Shown here one piece after another: positions 54,416 to 62,728 of a DNA stretch of 64,000 nt. A program made the translations under genes and the position numbers. Numbering within the stretch: position 1 is the stretch's first letter; each line of letters begins with the position of its first letter. This DNA comes from Candidatus Poseidoniaceae archaeon (GTDB lineage: Archaea; Thermoplasmatota; Poseidoniia; Poseidoniales; Poseidoniaceae): positions 10,495 to 74,494 of the forward strand of contig JASLKC010000057.1 of assembly GCA_030747785.1 (NCBI GenBank). The letters are read 5' to 3'. A model generated the notes under the pieces. That model was not told the origin of the DNA and did no database searches. It saw nothing but the letters and a program-made list of their open reading frames with translations.

Positions 54416-55500
54416 TCCTCCTTGAATTCTAAACAAATTGAGTTGATGCAATACCTTTCGCCTTGGCGCTCATCGAATACATGGCCTAGATGTGAATTAC
54501 ATCCACTGCATCGAACTTCCACCCGCTTCATGCCATGAGAATTATCGATGATTCTCTCAATTTCAGCTTCTGGTATTTCGGTATTGAATGCAGGCCAACC
54601 GCATCCTGAATCGAATTTCATATCCGATGTGAATAGGGGTAAGTCACAGTCAGCACAAAGGTAAGTTCCTTCCTCAAAGTGCTTATCGTATTCTCCAGTA
54701 AACGCTCTCTCAGTGCCGTTTTCCTTCATTACATTATGACGTAATTGGGCTTTTAGTGCGCCTTTGAGAACTTCTTCCCATGAGGTCACATATTCTACTG
54801 GATCTTTGCGTCCAATAGCATGGAAGGCAAGAATACGTTCGACATCAGCACCACTAGTTCCACTTGAGCGCCCTAATTCATCTGGATTGTAGGAGGTATT
54901 GGTATTAGCAAATACCGTATCGAATTCGAGGTCCAATTTTTCGCAAGCATTCAGAGCATCACGTAAGATTGATTCTTTGTCACCATCGATGTAAGGGAGA
55001 TTGAAGGATACCCTTTCACTATCCCAGTTTCCAATCGCAAATGCATTTCCGATTGCATCATAGAATTCTGGGCGACAATCGGGATAAATCGCATGGTCTC
55101 CTGAATGTACTCCTAGTGCGATTTCGACTTCACAATCTTCCTTGATTGCAATAGAAAGAGCATAACCATAGACGATTGAAGCAAAAATTGCATTTCGATT
55201 TGGAACCACGGTAGCCTTCATCGCTTCTTCTTCATAATGGCCCTCTGGTACATCGATTTCATCGCTTGTAAGAGCGGAATGAAATAGTCCCATAGCAGAT
55301 GATAAATCAGCGATTCTATGTTCAACCTCGAATCCTTTTGAGGCAAGATATGCAATATTTGCCTTAGCACGCTCCAATTCGATATTGTGCTTTTGCCCAT
55401 ACTCGTAAGAGATGCAACTTACCTTGTAGCCATCTGCTAGAAGGCGCATAAGAAGCCCGGTAGAATCCATTCCACCACTAAGTGCCATCACTGCACGCAT
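54412..55500 (-). CDS. queC: 7-cyano-7-deazaguanine synthase fused to methionine-R-sulfoxide reductase (QueC::MsrB)
   Basis: The N-terminal part has ALSGGMDST, VPNRN and YPDCRPEF. The C-terminal part has GTERAFTGEY, CADCDLPLF, GCGWPAF, CSGCNSHLGHVF and RYCINS. It is one uninterrupted frame. Start at Met 55500 (MRAVMALSGG) overlaps the queE stop by 1 nt (TAATG); the ORF is open to 55518. Confidence 0.8.
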   Translation of the reverse strand: MRAVMALSGGMDSTGLLMRLLADGYKVSCISYEYGQKHNIELERAKANIAYLASKGFEVEHRIADLSSAMGLFHSALTSDEIDVPEGHYEEEAMKATVVPNRNAIFASIVYGYALSIAIKEDCEVEIALGVHSGDHAIYPDCRPEFYDAIGNAFAIGNWDSERVSFNLPYIDGDKESILRDALNACEKLDLEFDTVFANTNTSYNPDELGRSSGTSGADVERILAFHAIGRKDPVEYVTSWEEVLKGALKAQLRHNVMKENGTERAFTGEYDKHFEEGTYLCADCDLPLFTSDMKFDSGCGWPAFNTEIPEAEIERIIDNSHGMKRVEVRCSGCNSHLGHVFDERQGERYCINSICLEFKEE

Positions 55501-56096
55501 TAGTCGACCCCCATCCATTTGTGAGTTTGCAAGGAAAGGCGCCAGCCAGGTGAGGCTTTCACTAGAGCCTCAACAATTGCGAAACTCCTTCCATTCTGCT
55601 CAACGCTATCTACCTCGATATAACAAGGCTGAATATAATGATGGGCAAAGCCTGTTTTGAGTTCATCATACATAGACAAATCTTGACCGCAGTACACTAC
55701 TTTCAATTCATCACCAGTGCGTTGCTTGATACCGACATTTGGGTAGACTTGGTCCTTTGGTGATACACAGATCCAATCGATAATCTCAGGTACAGGCATG
55801 GTTCCATTTGTCTCAATCGAGAGATGAATACCATGCTCTTTCAGTGCACCACCAATCGTGTTTAGGTCTTGTAAACACGGCTCTCCACCAGTGAAAATAA
55901 CTCTATCACATTGGAATGAAAGTACCTTTTCGACAATGTCCTCGAGTGACATTTCCTCAAATGTGAGGAAATCAGTATCACACCATTCGCATCTCAAATT
56001 GCAGTTTCCAAAGCGAATGAAGACATGAGGTATACCACTGTGAAAAGCTTCACCCTGAACAGAATGAAAAATTTCGACAATAGGGTAACTAGTCAT
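55500..56096 (-). CDS. queE: 7-carboxy-7-deazaguanine synthase (radical SAM)
   Basis: IFHSVQGEAFHSGIPHVFIRFGNCNLRCEWCDT and FTGGEPCLQ. Confidence 0.85.
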   Translation of the reverse strand: MTSYPIVEIFHSVQGEAFHSGIPHVFIRFGNCNLRCEWCDTDFLTFEEMSLEDIVEKVLSFQCDRVIFTGGEPCLQDLNTIGGALKEHGIHLSIETNGTMPVPEIIDWICVSPKDQVYPNVGIKQRTGDELKVVYCGQDLSMYDELKTGFAHHYIQPCYIEVDSVEQNGRSFAIVEALVKASPGWRLSLQTHKWMGVD

Positions 56097-56105
56097 TGTA
56101 AACCC

Positions 56106-56687
56106 TCAGTTGGAAAGTGGGGAACTGCGAATCAATTGCATCAATTCAGTCCTCGCCTCGCTCTTTTCGAAGAATACTCCACGCATTGCCGAGGTAGTCA
56201 TGATTGAATTCTGCTTCATCACGCCTCTACATTGCATGCAGCCATGTGCAGCCTCAATAATCACAGCAGCACCGAGTGGATTCAGATGATTTTCGAGATC
56301 ATCGGCAACACTCTTGGTAATCCTCTCCTGGTTCTGCAAGCGGCGTGCATGTAGGTCGACGATACGAGCCAACTTACTGATTCCAACAATCCTGTCTGTT
56401 GGGATGTATGCTACATGTGCCCTGCCCTTGAACGGCTGGAGATGGTGTTCACAAGTCGAATGGAATTCAATATCTCGTAGCAAGACAATACCATTGTATC
56501 CCTCGCCATTGAATGTCGAATTGAGAACCTCTGCGGCATCTTGGTTGTATCCGGCAAAGATTTCATCGAAGGAATTGATTACACGTTCTGGAGTTCTTCC
56601 TAGGCCTTCGCGGTCAGCATCGGCCTCAAGGTATTCCAATAGGGTCTTGACAGCACTCTCTGCTTCATTACGTGATACCATTTTCAT
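56106..56687 (-). CDS. folE: GTP cyclohydrolase I (FolE type 1)
   Basis: GLGRTPERV, FHSTCEHHLQPFKGRAHVAYIP, GISKLARIV, RLQNQERIT and HGCMQCRGV. Confidence 0.9.
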   Translation of the reverse strand: MKMVSRNEAESAVKTLLEYLEADADREGLGRTPERVINSFDEIFAGYNQDAAEVLNSTFNGEGYNGIVLLRDIEFHSTCEHHLQPFKGRAHVAYIPTDRIVGISKLARIVDLHARRLQNQERITKSVADDLENHLNPLGAAVIIEAAHGCMQCRGVMKQNSIMTTSAMRGVFFEKSEARTELMQLIRSSPLSN

Positions 56688-56854
56688 TCCTCCAATCTGC
56701 CGTGGCGAACATCGATTAGGTCGAGTTGGTCAAGCATTTTGCGGCACGCAGTGCGAATCGCATCCGCTACACTTACGAATTTTCCAGCGTCACCGACGTG
56801 TATCTTGAGGTCCTCCAGCAACTGAGCTGGCATGTCTAGGCTTACCTTAGGCAT
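56684..56854 (-). CDS. ribbon-helix-helix (CopG/MetJ-type) small DNA-binding protein, 56 aa (not in the ORF track)
   Basis: My manual translation is MPKVSLDMPAQLLEDLKIHVGDAGKFVSVADAIRTACRKMLDQLDLIDVRHGRLEE, which has a beta-strand / helix / helix layout. Its TGA overlaps the folE ATG (ATGA). Confidence 0.55.
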   Translation of the reverse strand: MPKVSLDMPAQLLEDLKIHVGDAGKFVSVADAIRTACRKMLDQLDLIDVRHGRLEE

Positions 56855-56896
56855 GCTTTGGCCACTTTAGGAGAGCATATCAAGGTATTCGTATGC

Positions 56897-56912
56897 TATT
56901 ACCAGAGTAATA
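56897..56912. promoter_or_regulatory. inverted repeat TATTAC-CAGA-GTAATA upstream of the RHH-folE operon
   Basis: Read directly. It lies 43-58 nt upstream of the RHH ATG, and an A/T-rich TATA-like AATTTATTCAC lies further upstream on the coding strand. Confidence 0.35.
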
Positions 56913-56949
56913 TTGCGATTGACGCCCTTTTGTGAATAAATTCATGCGC

Positions 56950-58170
56950 TCAAGATAGAGATGCAACCAAGTCTTCACGCTTGAATTGACGAGCAGCATA
57001 CCATGCTGCAAAGCCGGCATACAATGCACTCGAGATTGCCCAAATAGCCACGTGATCAACAATAATACGGTCGAGTAATAATTCCCTCATTGCGAGTAGG
57101 ATATTGACTAGTGGTACTGCATACCACCAGGACTCGACTCCGTCGAGGTTGATGATTTGGGTGAATAATGCAGGGAAAATGATAATCAAAATCGCTGGAC
57201 CCAATAGGGTTCCAGCCTCTTTCACACTATGCGCTTTCATGGCGATTGCTAATTCAAATGCTACAACCATTACTGCGAAGATAACTACCGCGAATAGGAG
57301 CAGCAGACCTGCTCCAAGAGATATTGTCGGTACTCCAAGAGAAGTTGCCGACGCGAGATATGTAATCGCAAATATCAACCCACCAATCTGCAATCCTACA
57401 CCCACACTCGTAATCGTAGCCACTGCTAACCATTTACCAGCAAGTAGTTCGATTCGGGTACATGGCAGGCATAGTAAGGCCTCAAGCGTCCCTCTTTCAC
57501 GTTCTCCTGCCGTCATATCAATGGCGGGTTGTATTGCGCTAGTTGCAGTCCAAATGGCCAGAACCATCGGAATGAACATCGAAAGCGCAAGACCAGCCTT
57601 TTCTCCGCTTGTTGCGGCGTTGGCTGCATCCTCATCTCCTTCCCATCGTACTGGGTCAAGAGTTTCCTCTGGGTCCAAACCTGCATCGGTCAATGTTCTA
57701 TTGATGACAGATTGCTCCCAATAATACAATTCAGTAAGTATTCTACTTCGTGCTTCTCGTGAATGCTCAGAGGTTGATAATTGGATTACCGAGTAATTCC
57801 AGGTGTCATCTCCTGTTTGCTTCAACCGGAGAATAGCGTCGACTTCACCACTTCGTAATCTTTCGATATCAGATGAGGGGTCGGATAGATTTTCCATATC
57901 AACAGGGAATGTACCCATCGTTATGTCCAATTTTTGTTCGCTTAATGACGTGTTTAGTTCATCGTCAAAAGCGCCTTGCCACTCCACATCTAATCGCAGC
58001 GCATCAAGCTCTGCTGCTTCGCTTTCCAGCAATAATGGAAGAGCGATAAATAGAATTGGAAATAATAGTAGAGGAATCAGAATTATCGCAATTAGAGTTC
58101 TCCAATCACGAACGAACTCGACAATCTCTTTCTTAGCAATACTACGAATGGTACGGAATGAATTACTCAT
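56950..58170 (-). CDS. ABC-2 type transporter permease (NatB-like)
   Basis: N-terminal TM, a large extracytoplasmic loop and five C-terminal TM helices. 8-nt overlap with the upstream ATPase gene. Confidence 0.7.
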   Translation of the reverse strand: MSNSFRTIRSIAKKEIVEFVRDWRTLIAIILIPLLLFPILFIALPLLLESEAAELDALRLDVEWQGAFDDELNTSLSEQKLDITMGTFPVDMENLSDPSSDIERLRSGEVDAILRLKQTGDDTWNYSVIQLSTSEHSREARSRILTELYYWEQSVINRTLTDAGLDPEETLDPVRWEGDEDAANAATSGEKAGLALSMFIPMVLAIWTATSAIQPAIDMTAGERERGTLEALLCLPCTRIELLAGKWLAVATITSVGVGLQIGGLIFAITYLASATSLGVPTISLGAGLLLLFAVVIFAVMVVAFELAIAMKAHSVKEAGTLLGPAILIIIFPALFTQIINLDGVESWWYAVPLVNILLAMRELLLDRIIVDHVAIWAISSALYAGFAAWYAARQFKREDLVASLS

Positions 58171-58987
58171 CTTCGCCCACCTCCACAGCAGGTGTACGGC
58201 CAGTTAGGAATAGCCTCCACCATCTTGCAATACGCCCTTCTTTCTGGTTATCCTCAGAACGGGACCGTGCCTTATCGCTAGTCAGAGCAACATAGGCATC
58301 CTCTAGGCTTTCCTTGCCGGTTTGGCCCATCAAATCCTCAGGCGAGCCATCTGCACGAACTGTACCGTTGTGTACGATAATAATGCGGTCACATACTTGG
58401 CGTGCTTCAGCCAGATGGTGAGTAGAATAGATCACAGTACCTCCTTCGTCACGTAATTTACCAACAAGTGACCTAACTGTCCGGGCACTTGTCACATCAA
58501 GGCCAGCAGTAGGCTCATCGAGAAGAAGGATGTCTGGTCCGTGTGCAAGCGCTCGCAAGAGTGCAGTTTTTTGGCGCATACCTCTGCTGAATCCTTTGGT
58601 ATGTCGGCCAAGTGAATCCTCAATTGACAGAAGTTTGGCAAAATGCGCAGTACGATTCCAAGCGACCTCATCATCAATACCGTGTATTCGGGAGTGGAAT
58701 CTAATATTCTCCCATGCAGTTAGGCGATGATACAATCCTGTAGCTTCGGGGACAACTCCGAGTTTAGAACGCATATTGGTAACAGGCAAGCCTTGGAATG
58801 TGATTGAACCATTAGTGGGCTCCATTACTCCAGCCATCAGTCGCAAGAGCGTGGTCTTCCCAGCGCCATTCCCACCGACTAATCCGATAACCTGACCTGA
58901 ATTAATCTCAAGATCGATGAGGGATAAAGCCTCGACATCACCAAAGTGTTTGGCAACCCCTTCGATACTCAGAAGAGCGTCTGCCAT
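58163..58987 (-). CDS. ABC transporter ATP-binding protein (NatA-like)
   Basis: Walker A GLVGGNGAGKTT, signature FSRGMRQK, Walker B ILLLDEPTAGLD and H-loop STHH. Confidence 0.9.
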   Translation of the reverse strand: MADALLSIEGVAKHFGDVEALSLIDLEINSGQVIGLVGGNGAGKTTLLRLMAGVMEPTNGSITFQGLPVTNMRSKLGVVPEATGLYHRLTAWENIRFHSRIHGIDDEVAWNRTAHFAKLLSIEDSLGRHTKGFSRGMRQKTALLRALAHGPDILLLDEPTAGLDVTSARTVRSLVGKLRDEGGTVIYSTHHLAEARQVCDRIIIVHNGTVRADGSPEDLMGQTGKESLEDAYVALTSDKARSRSEDNQKEGRIARWWRLFLTGRTPAVEVGEDE

Positions 58988-58996
58988 AAGGCTCGC

Positions 58997-59299
58997 TCAC
59001 CTTCCACCTTCAACAGCCTTGTCCAAACCAGGGTGTTTCTCTTCGAGTCTATCGGCTCTTCCCACTTGTTGGTGAAGTAAATCCTGAACTTCCTTTTGTG
59101 AAACTCCCATATCGATGTGATTGGCAATCATTTCTAGTGCTCCTTGAATGGCACCAGCATCTAGGAATGCATCATTGGTAATCAAGTCGTCATGAAGACA
59201 TTGTTCCAACCTAGAAACGACGTATTCGGATTCACCTCTGACATGAGGTGCATCTAGATGCGGATGGTCGATTAGTCTGTCAAGGCAGGTACGCATCAA
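58997..59299 (-). CDS. hypothetical 100-aa helical protein
   Basis: An ORF whose stop lies 9 nt upstream of the ABC ATPase gene start on the same strand. His/Asp-rich, with no recognisable motif. Confidence 0.35.
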   Translation of the reverse strand: MMRTCLDRLIDHPHLDAPHVRGESEYVVSRLEQCLHDDLITNDAFLDAGAIQGALEMIANHIDMGVSQKEVQDLLHQQVGRADRLEEKHPGLDKAVEGGR

Positions 59300-59344
59300 A
59301 TAGCGGCCAGACTATACACCTATGAGTGCTTCTGAAAGCAATAT

Positions 59345-59758
59345 TCACTTTTCAGTAAGTTCGACCAGAACTCCACCTGTGCTCTTAGGGTGGACAAATG
59401 CAATCTTCGCGCCATGAGCGCCAATTTTAGGCACGGAATCTATCATTCTAATTCCGTTCTCCAGAAGATAGGAGATCATATTCTCAAGATTCTCTACTCT
59501 GAAACAAACTTGCTGAACTCCTGGACCTCTTGAAGCGAGGAAACGACCAACGGGTGTATCTTCTCCAGTTGGTTCAAGTAACTCGATCATTGGAGCGCTA
59601 GGATTATCATTTGATGTAGCAAAGAATCGCGTAGTGACTCCTTGTTCGTCAACTCTGGCATCCGTTTCACCTTGGCTTAATCCAATTAGGCGCCAAAAAT
59701 TACTAGCGGCTTCCAAGTCATCGCAGGCGATTCCGATATGGTCAAGATAAACTTTCAT
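59345..59758 (-). CDS. mce: methylmalonyl-CoA epimerase (VOC/glyoxalase fold)
   Basis: LDHIGIACDDLEAA, IELLEPTGEDTPVGRFL, VQQVCFRV and IAFVHPKSTGGVLVELTE. The Met at 59758 lies 2 nt after the mutase stop. Confidence 0.85.
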   Translation of the reverse strand: MKVYLDHIGIACDDLEAASNFWRLIGLSQGETDARVDEQGVTTRFFATSNDNPSAPMIELLEPTGEDTPVGRFLASRGPGVQQVCFRVENLENMISYLLENGIRMIDSVPKIGAHGAKIAFVHPKSTGGVLVELTEK

Positions 59759-59760
59759 TT

Positions 59761-61338
59761 CTATACCCCCGATGGTGCCATCCATGTGCCAAAAATTTCC
59801 TTCATGGCATTCATTATCTCTCCCAAGGTGCAATCCGCCTTGAGAGCATTTACTACGAGAGGGAATAGATTTTCATCGGTTTTCGCCCCATTGGTTATGG
59901 CTTCCAATGCGGCCATTGCCTCATCATTATTCCTGTTTGAACGGAGATTTGCCAACTTGGATTTCTGCCTCTCACCGAGAGTTGGATCAGGCTTCAATAG
60001 TGGCGGCATACCCTCTTCTTCGAGGAGTCCATGATTTACACCTACGATAAGGCGGTCTCCGCTTTCTACCTGCGATTGATGACTCCATGCCGACTCGTGA
60101 ATCTCACGTTGTTGGTGTCCGGCTTCTATGGCGGCCATAGCACCCCCGAGTTTTTCAATTTCGAGAATCTGTTCCATGGCTTGTGAATAGATTGTATCTG
60201 TTAACTCCTCTACGAGGTAAGATCCTCCTAATGGGTCAACAACATTTGCAGCGCCACTTTCTTCAGCGATAATTTGCTGTGTACGCAATGCTACTGTAGC
60301 ACTTTCTTCAGTAGGAAGTCCAAGTGCTTCGTCATAGGAATTAGTGTGCAGGCTTTGAGTTCCACCGCAAACAGCAGCTAATGCCTGAATTGTCACACGG
60401 GCAATATTGTTGAGCGGCTGTTGGGCTGTAAGTGAAACTCCTGCGACCTGAGTATGGAATCTCAGCATCGCACTTTTTGGGTCGGAAGGTGAATATCGTG
60501 TTGTGATTAAATCGTGCCATAATCGTCGTGCTGCACGGAATTTACTCGCCTCTTCAAAGAAGTCATTATGGCAATTGAAAAAGAAGGAAATACGTGGCGC
60601 AAATATGTCAATATCAAGTCCCTTTTCAACTGCGGCCTCAACATATGCCAAGGCGTTTGCAAGGGTGAAGGCGACCTCCTGTACTGCAGTTGAACCGGCT
60701 TCCCTAATGTGATAACCAGAGATTGAAATCGTATTCCAGGCTGGAATATTTTCTGCGCAATGTTCGAAAACATCGGTAATCAGTCGCATTGAAGGAGATG
60801 GTGGGAACACATATGTTCCTCTTGCAATATACTCCTTCAGGATGTCATTTTGAATAGTCCCCCTTACCTCTTCTTGACTAACACCTTGTTCTTCAGCGAT
60901 TGCTACATACATTGCAAGTAGAACCATTGCTGGAGAATTAATGGTCATCGATGTAGAAACTTTGTCCAGTGGAATTCCAGATAGTAGAGTTCTCATGTCG
61001 TCCAGGCAAGAAATCGACACTCCTACTTTGCCGACTTCTCCTTCACTCAGTTCGTCATCCGCATCCAATCCCAATTGCGTGGGTAGATCAAAAGCAACAG
61101 ACAGCCCCTTCTGCCCTCTTTCAAGGAGTAATTTGAAGCGTTCATTTGTTTCTTCAGCACTACTGAAACCAGCATATTGGCGCATGGTCCACAAGCGTGA
61201 ACGGTACATCGTATCGTAAATTCCGCGAGTATATGGAGGTGAACCTGCTTCATCAGGTCCAGAAATCCGAGGGAGTTCAATACCCCCTAGGGTCTGCCAA
61301 TCTTCCCGTCGCTGGCCAGCCATTCGGCTTATCTCCAT
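59761..61338 (-). CDS. mcmA: methylmalonyl-CoA mutase, catalytic (substrate-binding) subunit
   Basis: PYTRGIYDTMYRSRLWTMRQYAGF, GLSVAFDLPTQLG and NTISISGYHIREAG. No B12-binding domain lies within this ORF, consistent with the split archaeal type. Confidence 0.9.
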   Translation of the reverse strand: MEISRMAGQRREDWQTLGGIELPRISGPDEAGSPPYTRGIYDTMYRSRLWTMRQYAGFSSAEETNERFKLLLERGQKGLSVAFDLPTQLGLDADDELSEGEVGKVGVSISCLDDMRTLLSGIPLDKVSTSMTINSPAMVLLAMYVAIAEEQGVSQEEVRGTIQNDILKEYIARGTYVFPPSPSMRLITDVFEHCAENIPAWNTISISGYHIREAGSTAVQEVAFTLANALAYVEAAVEKGLDIDIFAPRISFFFNCHNDFFEEASKFRAARRLWHDLITTRYSPSDPKSAMLRFHTQVAGVSLTAQQPLNNIARVTIQALAAVCGGTQSLHTNSYDEALGLPTEESATVALRTQQIIAEESGAANVVDPLGGSYLVEELTDTIYSQAMEQILEIEKLGGAMAAIEAGHQQREIHESAWSHQSQVESGDRLIVGVNHGLLEEEGMPPLLKPDPTLGERQKSKLANLRSNRNNDEAMAALEAITNGAKTDENLFPLVVNALKADCTLGEIMNAMKEIFGTWMAPSGV

Positions 61339-61820
61339 CAGTGGTGGTGTCCACCCGGTCCATGAGCATGACCGTGGGCAACCTCATCTTCGGTAGCATC
61401 TCTGAGGTCAACAACCTCGACGCTGAAGTGTAGTGTTTTTCCTGCAAGTTTGTGATTAAAATCAACCTTTACAGAGTCGCCTTCCACTTCTATGACTGTA
61501 AATGGGCCTGCATCACTCATTAGAACCATACCTGCTTCTGGAGTAATGTCTCCGAACATATTTGCTTCAACAGAAACGATACCTTCCTCATCATACTCAC
61601 CATATGCATCCTCAGGTGCTAGTGTAAATTCGACTTTATCGCCAACTTTAGCACCCATTAATGCGGCCTCAAAACCAGGAATCATTTGCTTGTGTCCCAC
61701 GAGGAAGGTGAGAGGGTCACGATCCACGCTTGAATCGAAGGTCTCACCGGAGTCGGGAAGTGTGCCTGTATAGTGGACTGTTGCCACCTTATCTTGTCCA
61801 ATTTCTGTCATATCAATCAT
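61338..61820 (-). CDS. slyD: SlyD-like FKBP peptidyl-prolyl isomerase with a His-rich tail
   Basis: VHYTGTLPDSGETFDSS, LTFLVGHKQMIPGFEAAL, IF-domain insert, DFNHKLAGKTL and the C-terminal AHGHAHGPGGHHH. The stop shares 1 nt with the mutase start. Confidence 0.85.
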   Translation of the reverse strand: MIDMTEIGQDKVATVHYTGTLPDSGETFDSSVDRDPLTFLVGHKQMIPGFEAALMGAKVGDKVEFTLAPEDAYGEYDEEGIVSVEANMFGDITPEAGMVLMSDAGPFTVIEVEGDSVKVDFNHKLAGKTLHFSVEVVDLRDATEDEVAHGHAHGPGGHHH

Positions 61821-62698
61821 CTCTTTGTTGTATATTTTCGAACTAACTTTCGGAATTCATCTGCGATATCCTTAGGGATTATGAGTTCAGCTTCTTTTTG
61901 GTCGATGAATTCAATAGCATCTTCAACACCGATCCTTTCGCCCTTAGCCCAAATTTGTCCTAGTACATTTGAGCGATGTTCTTCGCTAATTTCTGAATTA
62001 TCAAGCAAGTCCTTTGCAACATACTTGTACTCCAGATATTTGCGACGGTCGAGTTTACGAGTTTGAGGTTGTCTTCCCCCTCCACGCTTGTCTCCAGGGC
62101 GCCTTCGCTTTGGCCTTCTGTCAGACTTTATGGGAGCGGTCTTAATCGTCTTGAATACATTAGCAACCGCTGGTCTTAATTCAGGTCTTTCTGGGAAAAT
62201 AGGTTCCATTAGCTCCTCAATTTCAAGTTCTTCAACCTGAATCTCGGGTGCTGCAACGACTTCTTCAGTTTCGGCAACGACTTCTTTCTTATCATCAGCA
62301 GCCTTTGCAGCAAATGCTGCGGTTGCAGCGGACTTAGCGCGTAATTGTGCAAGCCTGTCCTCTCGTGTATCAGAAGTCTGGGGTATAGATGCTGGCGGAG
62401 GCGCGACCTTTGGTTGAGGTGAATTTTTGCGTGTAGGTTTTTTTTCTTTGACCTCTGCAGGAGCTGCGCTTGCTTTTTTAGCGTCTTCCTGACGTTTCTT
62501 CAAGGCTTCCATTGCAGCCTTTTGCTTCGCAGCAAGGTCATTCGAAGGTGCAACATTTTTCTGCTCAGGACGAGCACGTTGCGTCTTGTTACGAGATGCT
62601 TGTTGGTCTTTGCGAACTTTTGATTTTTGACTAGCATTGGGTGCAAAGGGATTGAATGGCTCATCCTTGCGCCTTCGCCTGTCCATGTTTCGGGGCAC
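61817..62698 (-). CDS. Lys/Ala/Pro-rich, probably disordered protein with a compact ~75-aa C-terminal domain (unknown function)
   Basis: 293-aa ORF. The first ~215 aa are low complexity (KKRQEDAKKASAAPAEVKEKKP...). The C-terminal part, YLEYKYVAKDLLDNSEISEEHRSNVLGQIWAKGERIGVEDAIEFIDQ, looks globular. 4-nt overlap with slyD. Confidence 0.5.
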   Translation of the reverse strand: MPRNMDRRRRKDEPFNPFAPNASQKSKVRKDQQASRNKTQRARPEQKNVAPSNDLAAKQKAAMEALKKRQEDAKKASAAPAEVKEKKPTRKNSPQPKVAPPPASIPQTSDTREDRLAQLRAKSAATAAFAAKAADDKKEVVAETEEVVAAPEIQVEELEIEELMEPIFPERPELRPAVANVFKTIKTAPIKSDRRPKRRRPGDKRGGGRQPQTRKLDRRKYLEYKYVAKDLLDNSEISEEHRSNVLGQIWAKGERIGVEDAIEFIDQKEAELIIPKDIADEFRKLVRKYTTKR

Positions 62699-62728
62699 GT
62701 AGAGGCCCTTATGACCCTTGGCATATAC

